Shown one piece after another: positions 8,378-16,715 of a stretch of DNA of 64,000 nucleotides (its first letter is position 1; the number at the start of each line of letters is the position of its first letter). This DNA comes from Candidatus Xenobia bacterium (GTDB lineage: Bacteria > Vulcanimicrobiota > Xenobia > Xenobiales > QWHO01): the NCBI GenBank assembly GCA_045863235.1, contig BTUM01000005.1, positions 122,912 through 186,911 of the forward strand, in the 5' to 3' direction. A program made the translations under genes and the position numbers. The notes beneath the pieces were generated by a model, which saw only the letters and a program-made list of their open reading frames with translations, was not told the DNA's origin and did no database searches.

Positions 8378-8743
8378 TCAGTTCCAACGGGTGGCAGCCG
8401 CCCAGAAGCCGACGATCAGGAAAGCTTCGGCCATACCGGCCACCAGATTGAGCAGCAGGGCCACGACGGCGGTCGGCCTGGATGATTCGCGAATGAGAGC
8501 AAGGATGGCCAGCACCATGCCCGCCAGGTGCACCACCGGCCCGGCCAGGAAGGCCAGCAGCAGTCCGGCGCCCATGGGGTCGCCAAGGGCCCTGGTCGGA
8601 CTCGGCAGCTCGACCACCAGCATCGTCCACAGGGCCAGCAGGGCTGGATATCCCAGGCCCAGCAAGAGGGCCATACGGCCGAGCTTTGGCGCTTTCATGG
8701 AGGTGGTTTTCAGAGCTGGAGGGCTTTCCCCTTTCTTGCTCAA
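8378..8743 (-). CDS. Small integral membrane protein (hypothetical, about 3 TM helices)
   Basis: 121-aa ORF with hydrophobic segments MALLLGLGYPALLALWTMLVV, LLLAFLAGPVVHLAGMVLAILALI and AVVALLLNLVAGMAEAFLIVGFWAA. No homology inferred. Confidence 0.5.
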   Translation of the reverse strand: MSKKGESPPALKTTSMKAPKLGRMALLLGLGYPALLALWTMLVVELPSPTRALGDPMGAGLLLAFLAGPVVHLAGMVLAILALIRESSRPTAVVALLLNLVAGMAEAFLIVGFWAAATRWN

Positions 8744-8986
8744 TGAATTTTATTCAATGTCACGACGGGCGCTCAGAACCATTGCGACGGTTTGGTTGAG
8801 GGTACCGTCTGCTCAGGGCGGTCAGCCCGGAAAGGTCCACCGTTCTGCAGGGCGTTACCGTTCCCACCGGGGGGGGGCAGGCTTTTTGTGTTGGCGATCC
8901 GGGCTTGTGCTGAAGGGCCCCGAGGGTTGGGCCTTGAAGGCCGAACGGTGACCCTCGCCTCTCCACCGCTGGCTGGTTTCCATGTG

Positions 8987-10285
8987 ATGACCAAGCCAAC
9001 CGGGCCCATCTGCAACCTCGACTGCAAGTACTGCTTCTATCTCGAGAAAGAGCGCCTCTACCCGCCCGGGACCGACTGGCGCATGGCCCCCGAGACGCTC
9101 GAGTCCTTCATCAAGCAGCACATCGAGGCCCATTCCGTGCCCGAGGTGATCTTCGCCTGGCAGGGCGGCGAGCCCACGCTACTGGGCGTGGACTACTTTC
9201 GCCTGGCGGTCGAGTTGCAGAAGAAATACGCCGGGGGCAAGCGCATCCAGAACGCGTTTCAGACCAACGGGGTGCTGCTCGACGACGAGTGGTGCGGCTT
9301 TTTCAAAGAGAACGGCTTCCTGGTGGGCATCTCGATCGACGGGCCGGAGGCTCTGCACGACCACTATCGGGTGGATCGGGGCGGCAAACCCAGCTTCAAG
9401 CGTGTCATGCGCGGGCTGGAGGCCCTCACGCGCAACCAGGTCGACTTCAACACCCTGACCGTGGTCAACCGGGCCAACCAGGACCATCCGCTCGAGGTTT
9501 ATCGCTTCCTCAAAGAGATAGGCAGCCTGGTGATGCAGTTCATCCCCCTGGTCGAGCGGCTGACCGATCAGCCCGACCCGCTGGTCATGGTTTCCCCCGA
9601 GCACAAGGGGGAGGCCCACGTGGCCGACTGGTCGGTCCAGGCCGAGCCCTACGGGCGTTTTCTGTGCGCCATCTTCGATGAATGGGTGCGTCAGGACGTG
9701 GGCAAGCACTTCGTGCAGCTGTTTGACATCACGCTCGAGTCGTTCATGGGCATGCCCCAGAGCCTGTGCTGGTTCCGGGAGACCTGCGGGGCGGCCCTGG
9801 CCCTGGAGCATAACGGCGATCTTTACTCCTGCGACCATTTCGTCTATCCCGAGAACCGGTTGGGAAACATCATGCAAGAGCCGCTGGTGGCCCTGATCCA
9901 CTCGGCCCAACAACACAAGTTCGGCCAGGACAAGAAGGACACTCTGCCCCGCTACTGCCGCGAGTGTGACGTACGCTTCGCCTGCAACGGCGAGTGCCCC
10001 AAGCACCGCTTTCATCGCACTCCGGACGGCGAGGAGGGCCTCAACTACCTGTGTGCCGGCTACATGCGCTTCTTTCGGCATGTCGAGCCCTACATGCGCT
10101 TTATGGCCGCAATGCTGAAACGACGCCAGCCTCCGGCCCACGTGATGCGCTTTGCTCCCGAGCTGGAGGCGGCCTTTGCCCGGACCGGGCCGGACCAGCC
10201 CTGCCCCTGCCGCGCCGGGCGGCCCTATGAGCTTTGTTGCGGGAGAACCCGCCTTGAGAACATGAAAGGGAGAAAGGACAGATAA
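8987..10285 (+). CDS. Anaerobic sulfatase-maturating enzyme (radical SAM, SPASM domain; AtsB/AslB/ChuR family)
   Basis: CNLDCKYCFY radical-SAM CxxxCxxC motif, followed by GGEPTL. C-terminal Cys clusters (CAGYMRFF, CRECDVRFACNGECPKH, PCPCRAGRPYELCCG). Start taken at the internal ATG 8987; the track ORF begins at 8792. Confidence 0.9.
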   Translation: MTKPTGPICNLDCKYCFYLEKERLYPPGTDWRMAPETLESFIKQHIEAHSVPEVIFAWQGGEPTLLGVDYFRLAVELQKKYAGGKRIQNAFQTNGVLLDDEWCGFFKENGFLVGISIDGPEALHDHYRVDRGGKPSFKRVMRGLEALTRNQVDFNTLTVVNRANQDHPLEVYRFLKEIGSLVMQFIPLVERLTDQPDPLVMVSPEHKGEAHVADWSVQAEPYGRFLCAIFDEWVRQDVGKHFVQLFDITLESFMGMPQSLCWFRETCGAALALEHNGDLYSCDHFVYPENRLGNIMQEPLVALIHSAQQHKFGQDKKDTLPRYCRECDVRFACNGECPKHRFHRTPDGEEGLNYLCAGYMRFFRHVEPYMRFMAAMLKRRQPPAHVMRFAPELEAAFARTGPDQPCPCRAGRPYELCCGRTRLENMKGRKDR

Positions 10286-10287
10286 CC

Positions 10288-12285
10288 ATGGACGGCAACA
10301 TCACCAGGCGCGACCTTCTGGGTGCGGGACTCGCGACTCTGGCCGGAGCGGCTCTGGGCCCGGCCATCCTGACGGCGGGCTGCACGACCGGAGCCGGCGA
10401 CCCCGGGCCTGCCACCGGCGGCGTTCCCGAAGAGGCCACCCGGCGACGACCCAATATCCTGCTGGTATTGTGCGACGAGTTCCGATTTCCGGGTCAGTAT
10501 CCGGCGGGCACGGGCGAGGCTCCGGGCCTGCGAGAGATCTTCGGCTTCGCGCCCACGCTCTCGCCTGACAATCCCTTCACCGCCCTCTTTCCTGGTATGA
10601 CCAGGCTGCGCCAGAACGCTGTCGTGCTGCGAACTCACTACATCGCTTCGGCAGCCTGCGTGCCCAGTCGGGCCACCATGCTGACCGGACAGTACCCCAC
10701 CGTGCACGGAGTCACCAGCACCACCGGCTTTTTCAAGAGCGGCGACGACCCGGGCTTCGTGTTCCTGGACCCGGACGGCATCCCTACCGCCGGGGACTGG
10801 TTTCAGGCGGCCGGCTACGAGACGTACTACTTCGGCAAGTGGCACGTTTCCGAGACCTGCGACGACCTGGGTCCATGGGGCTTCCCCTTCGCTGCCTGGG
10901 ATGGCCCTGAGCCGCACGGCTCGGATCCGGCCAACCTGGGAGTCTATCGCGATCCGGAGTTTGCCAGCAACACCATCAGCTTCCTTAACTCCAAGGCCGG
11001 GCAGCAGCCTGGAGAGGCGCCCTGGTTCGCGGTGACCTCCTATCTCGCGCCTCACGACGTCTCGGGTTGGCCGCTGCAGTGGTTCCTCCCCGGGGACGTC
11101 GGGGTCCAGCCCTTCCCCGGTCCGCTCGTGATCCCGCCCATACCTGGGGCGGGGGCCATCAGCAATGCCGCCACCTCGACCAGCCAGAACAGCGATTGTC
11201 CACCGCCCATCTCGGGCCCGGTCCCTCTCAACCCGGGTGGCTACCCGCCCGGTGCCTTCACGACGCCGCCCACCTTTGCCGAGGACCTGAGCACCAAGCC
11301 CCAGTGCCAGCTCGACATGTCCTTCAAGATCGGGCTCTGTCAGAAGTCCATCCTGCCGGCTCCGCTGCGGCCCCTGGCCCCAAATCCGTTCCAGCTGCAG
11401 GGAGCCGACTACCAGGCCTGGGCCACGGCCTACGGCGAGTGGTGGTACTACCTTCACTACCTCTTCGACACCCAGCTCACGCGGGTGCTTCAGACCCTGG
11501 ATGCGACCGGGCTGCGCGAGAACACCATCGTCATCTTCACCTGCGACCACGGCGATTACGCCGGGGCCCACGGCGGTCAGGTCCAGAAGTGGCACTCGGC
11601 CTATGAGGAGGCCACTCACGTGCCGATGGTGGTGTCTTCTCCGCTGATCAACCCCACCGATACGATCCGCGAGTTCACCATGCCCACCAGCCACATCGAC
11701 CTGTTGCCCACCCTATTGGGGCTGGCCGGCTTCAATCAGGCCCAGCAGTCCGAGCTGAAGGGGCGCATCACCGGCCAGGGCGTCGTGCCCGACCTGGTGG
11801 GCACGGACCTGAGCGGCTACCTGGCCGAGCCTGGCACCACCACGCCCATTCCCGGGCACGATGGGAATCCGCGGCCCGGAGTTTTGTTCATCACCGAGGA
11901 CGAGATCAGCCAGATGACCTCGATCGACCCCAACAACTCTGGCTTCCCGGCCTTCGAGACTTTCCTCCGGCTGGTCGAGGAGGCCCGCCTCGGGCCGGCT
12001 CCCCAGCTCGCCCCCGGGCCGATCCGTCAGCCCAATCTGGTGCGCACCCTGACCGATGGGGTGTGGAAATACTCGCGCTACTACGATCCCAACGGGGTGG
12101 AAGCGGACCAGCACGAGTTTTACAATCTGGCCTCCGACCCCATCGAGGCGGTTAACCTGGTCGACTTCCGCACCAACCAGATCCGTCCGGGGGTGGCCGT
12201 GCCGGGCTTGACACAGGCAGAGCTGACCGCCCGGCTCAACTTGATGGTGCAGCAGTTGGCCCAGCAAGAGGCGTTGTTACTCTAA
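10288..12285 (+). CDS. Arylsulfatase-family (type I sulfatase) with Tat signal peptide
   Basis: Twin-arginine motif TRRDLLGAGLATLAGAALG. Sulfatase signature SAACVPSRATMLTG (C-x-P-S-R formylglycine site) and PNILLVLCDE. The gene starts 3 nt after the maturase stop. Confidence 0.9.
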   Translation: MDGNITRRDLLGAGLATLAGAALGPAILTAGCTTGAGDPGPATGGVPEEATRRRPNILLVLCDEFRFPGQYPAGTGEAPGLREIFGFAPTLSPDNPFTALFPGMTRLRQNAVVLRTHYIASAACVPSRATMLTGQYPTVHGVTSTTGFFKSGDDPGFVFLDPDGIPTAGDWFQAAGYETYYFGKWHVSETCDDLGPWGFPFAAWDGPEPHGSDPANLGVYRDPEFASNTISFLNSKAGQQPGEAPWFAVTSYLAPHDVSGWPLQWFLPGDVGVQPFPGPLVIPPIPGAGAISNAATSTSQNSDCPPPISGPVPLNPGGYPPGAFTTPPTFAEDLSTKPQCQLDMSFKIGLCQKSILPAPLRPLAPNPFQLQGADYQAWATAYGEWWYYLHYLFDTQLTRVLQTLDATGLRENTIVIFTCDHGDYAGAHGGQVQKWHSAYEEATHVPMVVSSPLINPTDTIREFTMPTSHIDLLPTLLGLAGFNQAQQSELKGRITGQGVVPDLVGTDLSGYLAEPGTTTPIPGHDGNPRPGVLFITEDEISQMTSIDPNNSGFPAFETFLRLVEEARLGPAPQLAPGPIRQPNLVRTLTDGVWKYSRYYDPNGVEADQHEFYNLASDPIEAVNLVDFRTNQIRPGVAVPGLTQAELTARLNLMVQQLAQQEALLL

Positions 12286-12317
12286 GATTCATCGCCCTGA
12301 CCGGTTGGGCCAAGAGC

Positions 12318-12344
12318 GCGCGCCCTGCACTGTGCAGGGCGCGC
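12318..12344. terminator. Perfect palindromic hairpin (12-bp stem, 3-nt loop) between convergent genes
   Basis: GCGCGCCCTGCA-CTG-TGCAGGGCGCGC lies between the sulfatase stop (12285) and the pentapeptide-protein stop (12352). No U-tract. Confidence 0.4.
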
Positions 12345-12351
12345 AGCCGTT

Positions 12352-13065
12352 TCAGGGGGCCTCGAAGCAGATCTCGTCCCAGCCCGGGGGCATGGAAGCG
12401 CCATCCAGTCGGGCCCCCCCGAGCAACGCATCGGCCAGGTTGGCCCCGATCAGGTCGGCGCCCTCCAGGTTGGCCCCCCGCAGGTTGGCGCCGCGCAGGT
12501 TGGCGCTGCGCAGGTCTGAACGCGAGAAGTCGGCTCGTGACAGCTGCGACCAGCTGAGATCGACGTCTTTGAGGCTGGCCTGCACGAAGACGGCCTCGGT
12601 GGCCACCGCTCGCAAGAGCGAGGCTCCCGTCAGGTTGGCATCGGTCAGGTCCGCGAGGTCGAGCAACCCGTTGACCCAGGCGCACTTGGACAGGTCGGCG
12701 CCGGTCAGGTTGGAGGCCCGCATGTTGGTCCAGATCATGCGGGCTTCGTGCAGCCTGGCTCCCGGGAGGTCACAGCGGCTCAGGTTGGCATCCTCCAGGT
12801 TGGCCTCCTCGAGATCGGCCCCCGAGAGGTCGGTGTTGGGAATGATGGCCCCGTAGAGATTGGCCTGAGCCAGAAAGGCGCCCTTGAGCACAGGGAGGGG
12901 CTCGCCCAGCATCTTGATCAACCCGTTGAGCTGGGGGCCGAAGCCGGCCTGGAGCAGGGAGACGACTCCCGGTGCGTCCCAGTTCAGGCCCTGGGGAAAG
13001 AGGTGAGCGAAGCGGCGAGCGAGCAGCGGATCGAGCAGCTCGAAGGTCACGGAAGTCAGCAGCAT
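12352..13065 (-). CDS. Pentapeptide-repeat protein
   Basis: Runs of A(D/N)L.x pentapeptides (ANLRGANLRGANLEGADLIGANLADALLGGARLDGA...). Confidence 0.8.
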   Translation of the reverse strand: MLLTSVTFELLDPLLARRFAHLFPQGLNWDAPGVVSLLQAGFGPQLNGLIKMLGEPLPVLKGAFLAQANLYGAIIPNTDLSGADLEEANLEDANLSRCDLPGARLHEARMIWTNMRASNLTGADLSKCAWVNGLLDLADLTDANLTGASLLRAVATEAVFVQASLKDVDLSWSQLSRADFSRSDLRSANLRGANLRGANLEGADLIGANLADALLGGARLDGASMPPGWDEICFEAP

Positions 13066-13149
13066 GCTGGGCGGTTCCCGCCGGTTGGAAGAGGTCCTGC
13101 CGGGAGGTCGGGCGAACCCTGGCCTCCCCGGGGGAGATTGGTGGATCGC

Positions 13150-16100
13150 ATGAAGCCTCGTATTTTTGCGCTGTTTTTCCTCTTTGTTCTGATGGTTGGC
13201 TGTTCGGGCTCGGACGCCCCCGCCAGCACCCCGGCTGGGAACACCCTCATTCAGCCGGTCGGCGACTTCGTGTTGCGCGAGGACCTGCAGGTTCTTCCGG
13301 CCGATGGCTCGGTGGTGGTGCAGACGATCACCGACGAGCAGGTGGTGCTGACCGGCACCGTGCCCACCATCACTCCTGGCGGCGCACTGATGATGAACTC
13401 CGGTCAGCAGCAGTTCATCCGACGGGTGGTCTCGGTCAGCGAGCAGCCCGATGGGAGCGTGGTGGTGGTGACCACCCCGGGCAGCCTGCTCGACGTCTTC
13501 GTGTCGGCCGACATCGAGCAGACCGAGATTTTAGGCGCCGAGGCCCTGCGAGGGATCCAGCCGGTCATGGAGGGGGTCACCATCGGCGAGCCGGTCGCCA
13601 ACCGGGTGGAGGGCGGCTTCTCGCTGCCCATCAAGTTCGAGAACGCCCCCCTCACCGACCGCAACGGCAACGTGCTCGCCCGCGCCAACGGCGACATCAG
13701 CGTGACCTTTGGCTTTGAGACGGCGCTGCAGTTCAATGCCAGCAAGTTCCTCAATCCTCCCACCACCATCGAGCACCTCAAGCTGGCGCCGTTCGTGCAG
13801 GCCAGGGGCAATCTCCAGGTGGAAGGCCTGGCGGCCGGAGACTTCGAGCAAGAGTACGTGGTGGCCAGTTTCCCCGGCGGCATCCCTCTGGCTGGCTTCG
13901 GCCCGGTCAGCATCACCGCCAACCTGGATCTGCTGGCCTACGCCAACGGCAGCATCAACGTCAGCGGCACCACCGGCTTCAATGCCGACATCTTCGCCAC
14001 GTTCGGCATCCAGGCGTTCGACGGCAATTTTGGCGTTTTCAACCCCGCTCCCGAAGCCACTTTCAACGTGACTCCTCCGGACGTGCAGGGCACGGCCCAG
14101 TTCTCGCTCTCGCTGGCTCGCCCCAAAGTCAGCATCAGCGTGCTCGGCCTGGGTGACGCCCATGTCAAGGCCGACGTAGTGCGAGCCGGGCTGCAAGCCT
14201 CCTTTACGAACACCCCCGAGCCGGGCTACAGCATCGGGGCCGTGGGGGAATTCGAAGTGCTGGCCGGCGCCACCATCAAGATCGGGCCCTTCGGCATTCC
14301 TCCCTTCCAGATCCCCGACCGCACGATCTTCAACCAGACCCTGCCTGTGGCCACCTTCCGTTACGCCGTGGGAGATCCGATCTTCTTGCCGCGCGCGGGG
14401 GCGGGCAGCAACCCGTTTGTGGCAACCTTCCTGATCCCCACGGCGCCCCAACTCCGGCCCGGCGAGTATGGCTTCGTGCTTGCCCAGGGCCTCAAGTTCC
14501 TCGGACCCCTGCCTCTGGTGATTCCTCAGGATGTCAACTGGAGCAGCAGCAACGGCAACGTCATCGAGGTCTTGTCGAGCAGCGGCATTTTTACCCTGGT
14601 GCGGGCCCGGCAGGCAGGCACCGCCCGCATCACCTCCACCGCCACCGGCTCGCCGGGGGGGGCGCTGGACCTGACGGTACTGAATGCCCCCCTGAGCTCA
14701 CTGCGCATCGAGCCTCCCGGGGCTGACATCACCAACCGCGCCTCGTTGCAGGCCCGGGCCATCGGCACCTACGCCGACGGCACCCAGGTGGACGTGACGG
14801 ATTTCGTGGAATGGGCTTCCAGCAACAGCGGTCTGGCCATCGTGACGCCGCGTGGCGAGGTCCAGGCCAGATCGGACGCGACTTCGAATCGAGGCGGCCT
14901 GCTGCAGTCGGCGGCCACCGGCCAGATCACGCTCTCGGCCCGTTTCCGAGGCCAGCGGGCCACCGCCGACATCGGCATCAACACCCCGCGCATCACCCAG
15001 CTCTTCTTGCTGCGGGGCCCCGCGCCCAACTTCAGCCTGACCCTGCCGGCCGAGATCTTCCCCGGCGATGGGGTCCAGATGGAAGCGGTGGCCTTCTTCG
15101 CCGATGGAACCCGACGGGTGATCACCAGCGAGGTGCAGTGGAGCTCGGATGATGAGTTCGTGGCCGAGGTGACCCCTGCCGGGCTGATCAACGCCATCTC
15201 CTCGGGCAACACGCGCATCCGAGCCCGCCTCAACGATCTCGAGCGCCAGTTCTTTCTGCGCGTAGACGAGGGCATCGTGGACTCGCTGGAGGTCACTCCC
15301 AGCGAGGTCACGCTGGCGCCCGGTCAGCGCGTGCCGCTCAACGTCTTTGCTAACTTCGCCGGCGGGGGTCGCAGCGACGTGACCGCCCTGGCCCGCGTGC
15401 GCAGCATCATCGGCGAGGTGGCCGGTTACGACCAGGCCAGTCACGAGCTGATCGCCAGGAATACCGGCATTTCGCTCTTCTATGTCACCTACGGGGGGAG
15501 CGGGGCCCTGATGGCAGTGCTGGTGCTGCCCAACCAGGCCAGCCACCTCTTCGTGGCCAACACCCTGGTTCCGGGCATCGCGGTCACCACCGTGGGAGCC
15601 GACGGCGGGTTGACGGCCGTGACCGGGTCTCCGTTCGCCCTGCCCATCCGCCCGTTCGAGTTGTTGCGCCTGGGCGACTTCGTGGTCGCCTCGCTGAGCA
15701 GCAACGCCCCCAACCAGCTTTCGGTCAACCGCTACGACCCCGACAGCGGGGCTCTGAGCCCAGCGGGCTCGGTCCCCCTGACCGGAAATTTCTTCCAGCC
15801 GCTTCCGATGGACCAGCTCGATGCCAACACGATGGTGGTGGTGGAGGGCTTCCAGAACCTGATCCGGCTGCTCGTGATGGATCTCGCTACCGGGGCGCTG
15901 GTCGAGCATGACCAGGAGGTGGTGGTAGGCACCGGTCCGGTGGACGTGGCCGTGAGCCCCGGCTCGGGCGCCAACCCGACCCTGGTCTTCGTCGCCAACC
16001 AGAACTCCAACGATGTCACGGTTTACCTGGCTGACCTCAATACAGGCCAGCTCACGCTGGTGCCCGGGTCACCCTTCCCCAACCCCGTGGCGGGCGATCA

Positions 16101-16557
16101 GATCGGGGCCGTCGAGGTGGTGCAGGACAATCTCTACGTGACCAACCGGGTCAGCAACACCATCACGCGCTACACCATCAACCTGACCACCGGGGTGCTC
16201 ACCCCCGGGACGCCCTTTGCCTGTGGCGGCGTGCTGCCCGGGCGGATGACCCGGCTGGAGACCCCGGCGGCACTCTTTTTATACTGCGCCAACTCGGGCA
16301 GCTCCAACGTGACCGGCTTTCAGGTCAACCCGACCAACGGGGCGCTCACCCCGCTGGCCGGCTTCCCGGTGGCGGCCGGGGGCAACAACCCGCACCAGTT
16401 CACCCAGGTCTCGTTGCCCGACGGAACGGTGGTGCTCTACCTGACCACCTCCAACCAGGTCTCGGGCTTTGAGGTGGACACGACCAGCGGGGCCCTCACT
16501 CCGCTGGCGGGCAGCCCCTTCGGCGGATTCTCCAGCCCGGACGGCATCGCCGACTGA
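13150..16557 (+). CDS. Large surface lipoprotein with Big_2 (bacterial Ig-like) domains and a C-terminal lactonase-like 7-blade beta-propeller
   Basis: Start at ATG 13150 gives MKPRIFALFFLFVLMVGCSGSD (lipobox). Central Big_2-like segments (NGNVIEVLSS...TARITSTATG; SSNSGLAIVTPRGEVQARSDA...). C-terminal repeats of N..S..V..F.V...G.L...PG.PF typical of 6-phosphogluconolactonase-like propellers. The track ORF start at 12748 is upstream read-through. Confidence 0.8.
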   Translation: MKPRIFALFFLFVLMVGCSGSDAPASTPAGNTLIQPVGDFVLREDLQVLPADGSVVVQTITDEQVVLTGTVPTITPGGALMMNSGQQQFIRRVVSVSEQPDGSVVVVTTPGSLLDVFVSADIEQTEILGAEALRGIQPVMEGVTIGEPVANRVEGGFSLPIKFENAPLTDRNGNVLARANGDISVTFGFETALQFNASKFLNPPTTIEHLKLAPFVQARGNLQVEGLAAGDFEQEYVVASFPGGIPLAGFGPVSITANLDLLAYANGSINVSGTTGFNADIFATFGIQAFDGNFGVFNPAPEATFNVTPPDVQGTAQFSLSLARPKVSISVLGLGDAHVKADVVRAGLQASFTNTPEPGYSIGAVGEFEVLAGATIKIGPFGIPPFQIPDRTIFNQTLPVATFRYAVGDPIFLPRAGAGSNPFVATFLIPTAPQLRPGEYGFVLAQGLKFLGPLPLVIPQDVNWSSSNGNVIEVLSSSGIFTLVRARQAGTARITSTATGSPGGALDLTVLNAPLSSLRIEPPGADITNRASLQARAIGTYADGTQVDVTDFVEWASSNSGLAIVTPRGEVQARSDATSNRGGLLQSAATGQITLSARFRGQRATADIGINTPRITQLFLLRGPAPNFSLTLPAEIFPGDGVQMEAVAFFADGTRRVITSEVQWSSDDEFVAEVTPAGLINAISSGNTRIRARLNDLERQFFLRVDEGIVDSLEVTPSEVTLAPGQRVPLNVFANFAGGGRSDVTALARVRSIIGEVAGYDQASHELIARNTGISLFYVTYGGSGALMAVLVLPNQASHLFVANTLVPGIAVTTVGADGGLTAVTGSPFALPIRPFELLRLGDFVVASLSSNAPNQLSVNRYDPDSGALSPAGSVPLTGNFFQPLPMDQLDANTMVVVEGFQNLIRLLVMDLATGALVEHDQEVVVGTGPVDVAVSPGSGANPTLVFVANQNSNDVTVYLADLNTGQLTLVPGSPFPNPVAGDQIGAVEVVQDNLYVTNRVSNTITRYTINLTTGVLTPGTPFACGGVLPGRMTRLETPAALFLYCANSGSSNVTGFQVNPTNGALTPLAGFPVAAGGNNPHQFTQVSLPDGTVVLYLTTSNQVSGFEVDTTSGALTPLAGSPFGGFSSPDGIAD

Positions 16558-16715
16558 CCCGGGCCGAGCACCTGGCTGGCCTGGCCCGGGCCCTCGGGGG
16601 CGCGCCACCGCGCTGGTGGAGCGACCTTGAGGGTCCCAGTCCGGACTGGGATGCTCTGGCAGGTCGACTCCTGGCACGGTGGCGTTCGCGGGCGCTTGCA
16701 GCCTCGCGCTCTCGG

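Noticed and set aside
8290-8380. AT-rich patch with TTGACA (8328-8333) downstream of the tRNA cluster as a promoter
   Set aside because: No acceptable -10 hexamer at 16-18 nt spacing. It lies downstream of a minus-strand gene and upstream of nothing on the plus strand for about 600 nt. It may be a terminator or UP-like region, but support is insufficient.
10225-11694. 489-aa ORF on the minus strand
   Set aside because: Antisense of the sulfatase gene (which has Tat signal and CxPSR motif on the plus strand).
14698-15909. 403-aa ORF on the minus strand (and 13531-14451, 306 aa)
   Set aside because: Antisense of the giant lipoprotein gene. Arg/Gly/His/Asp low complexity.
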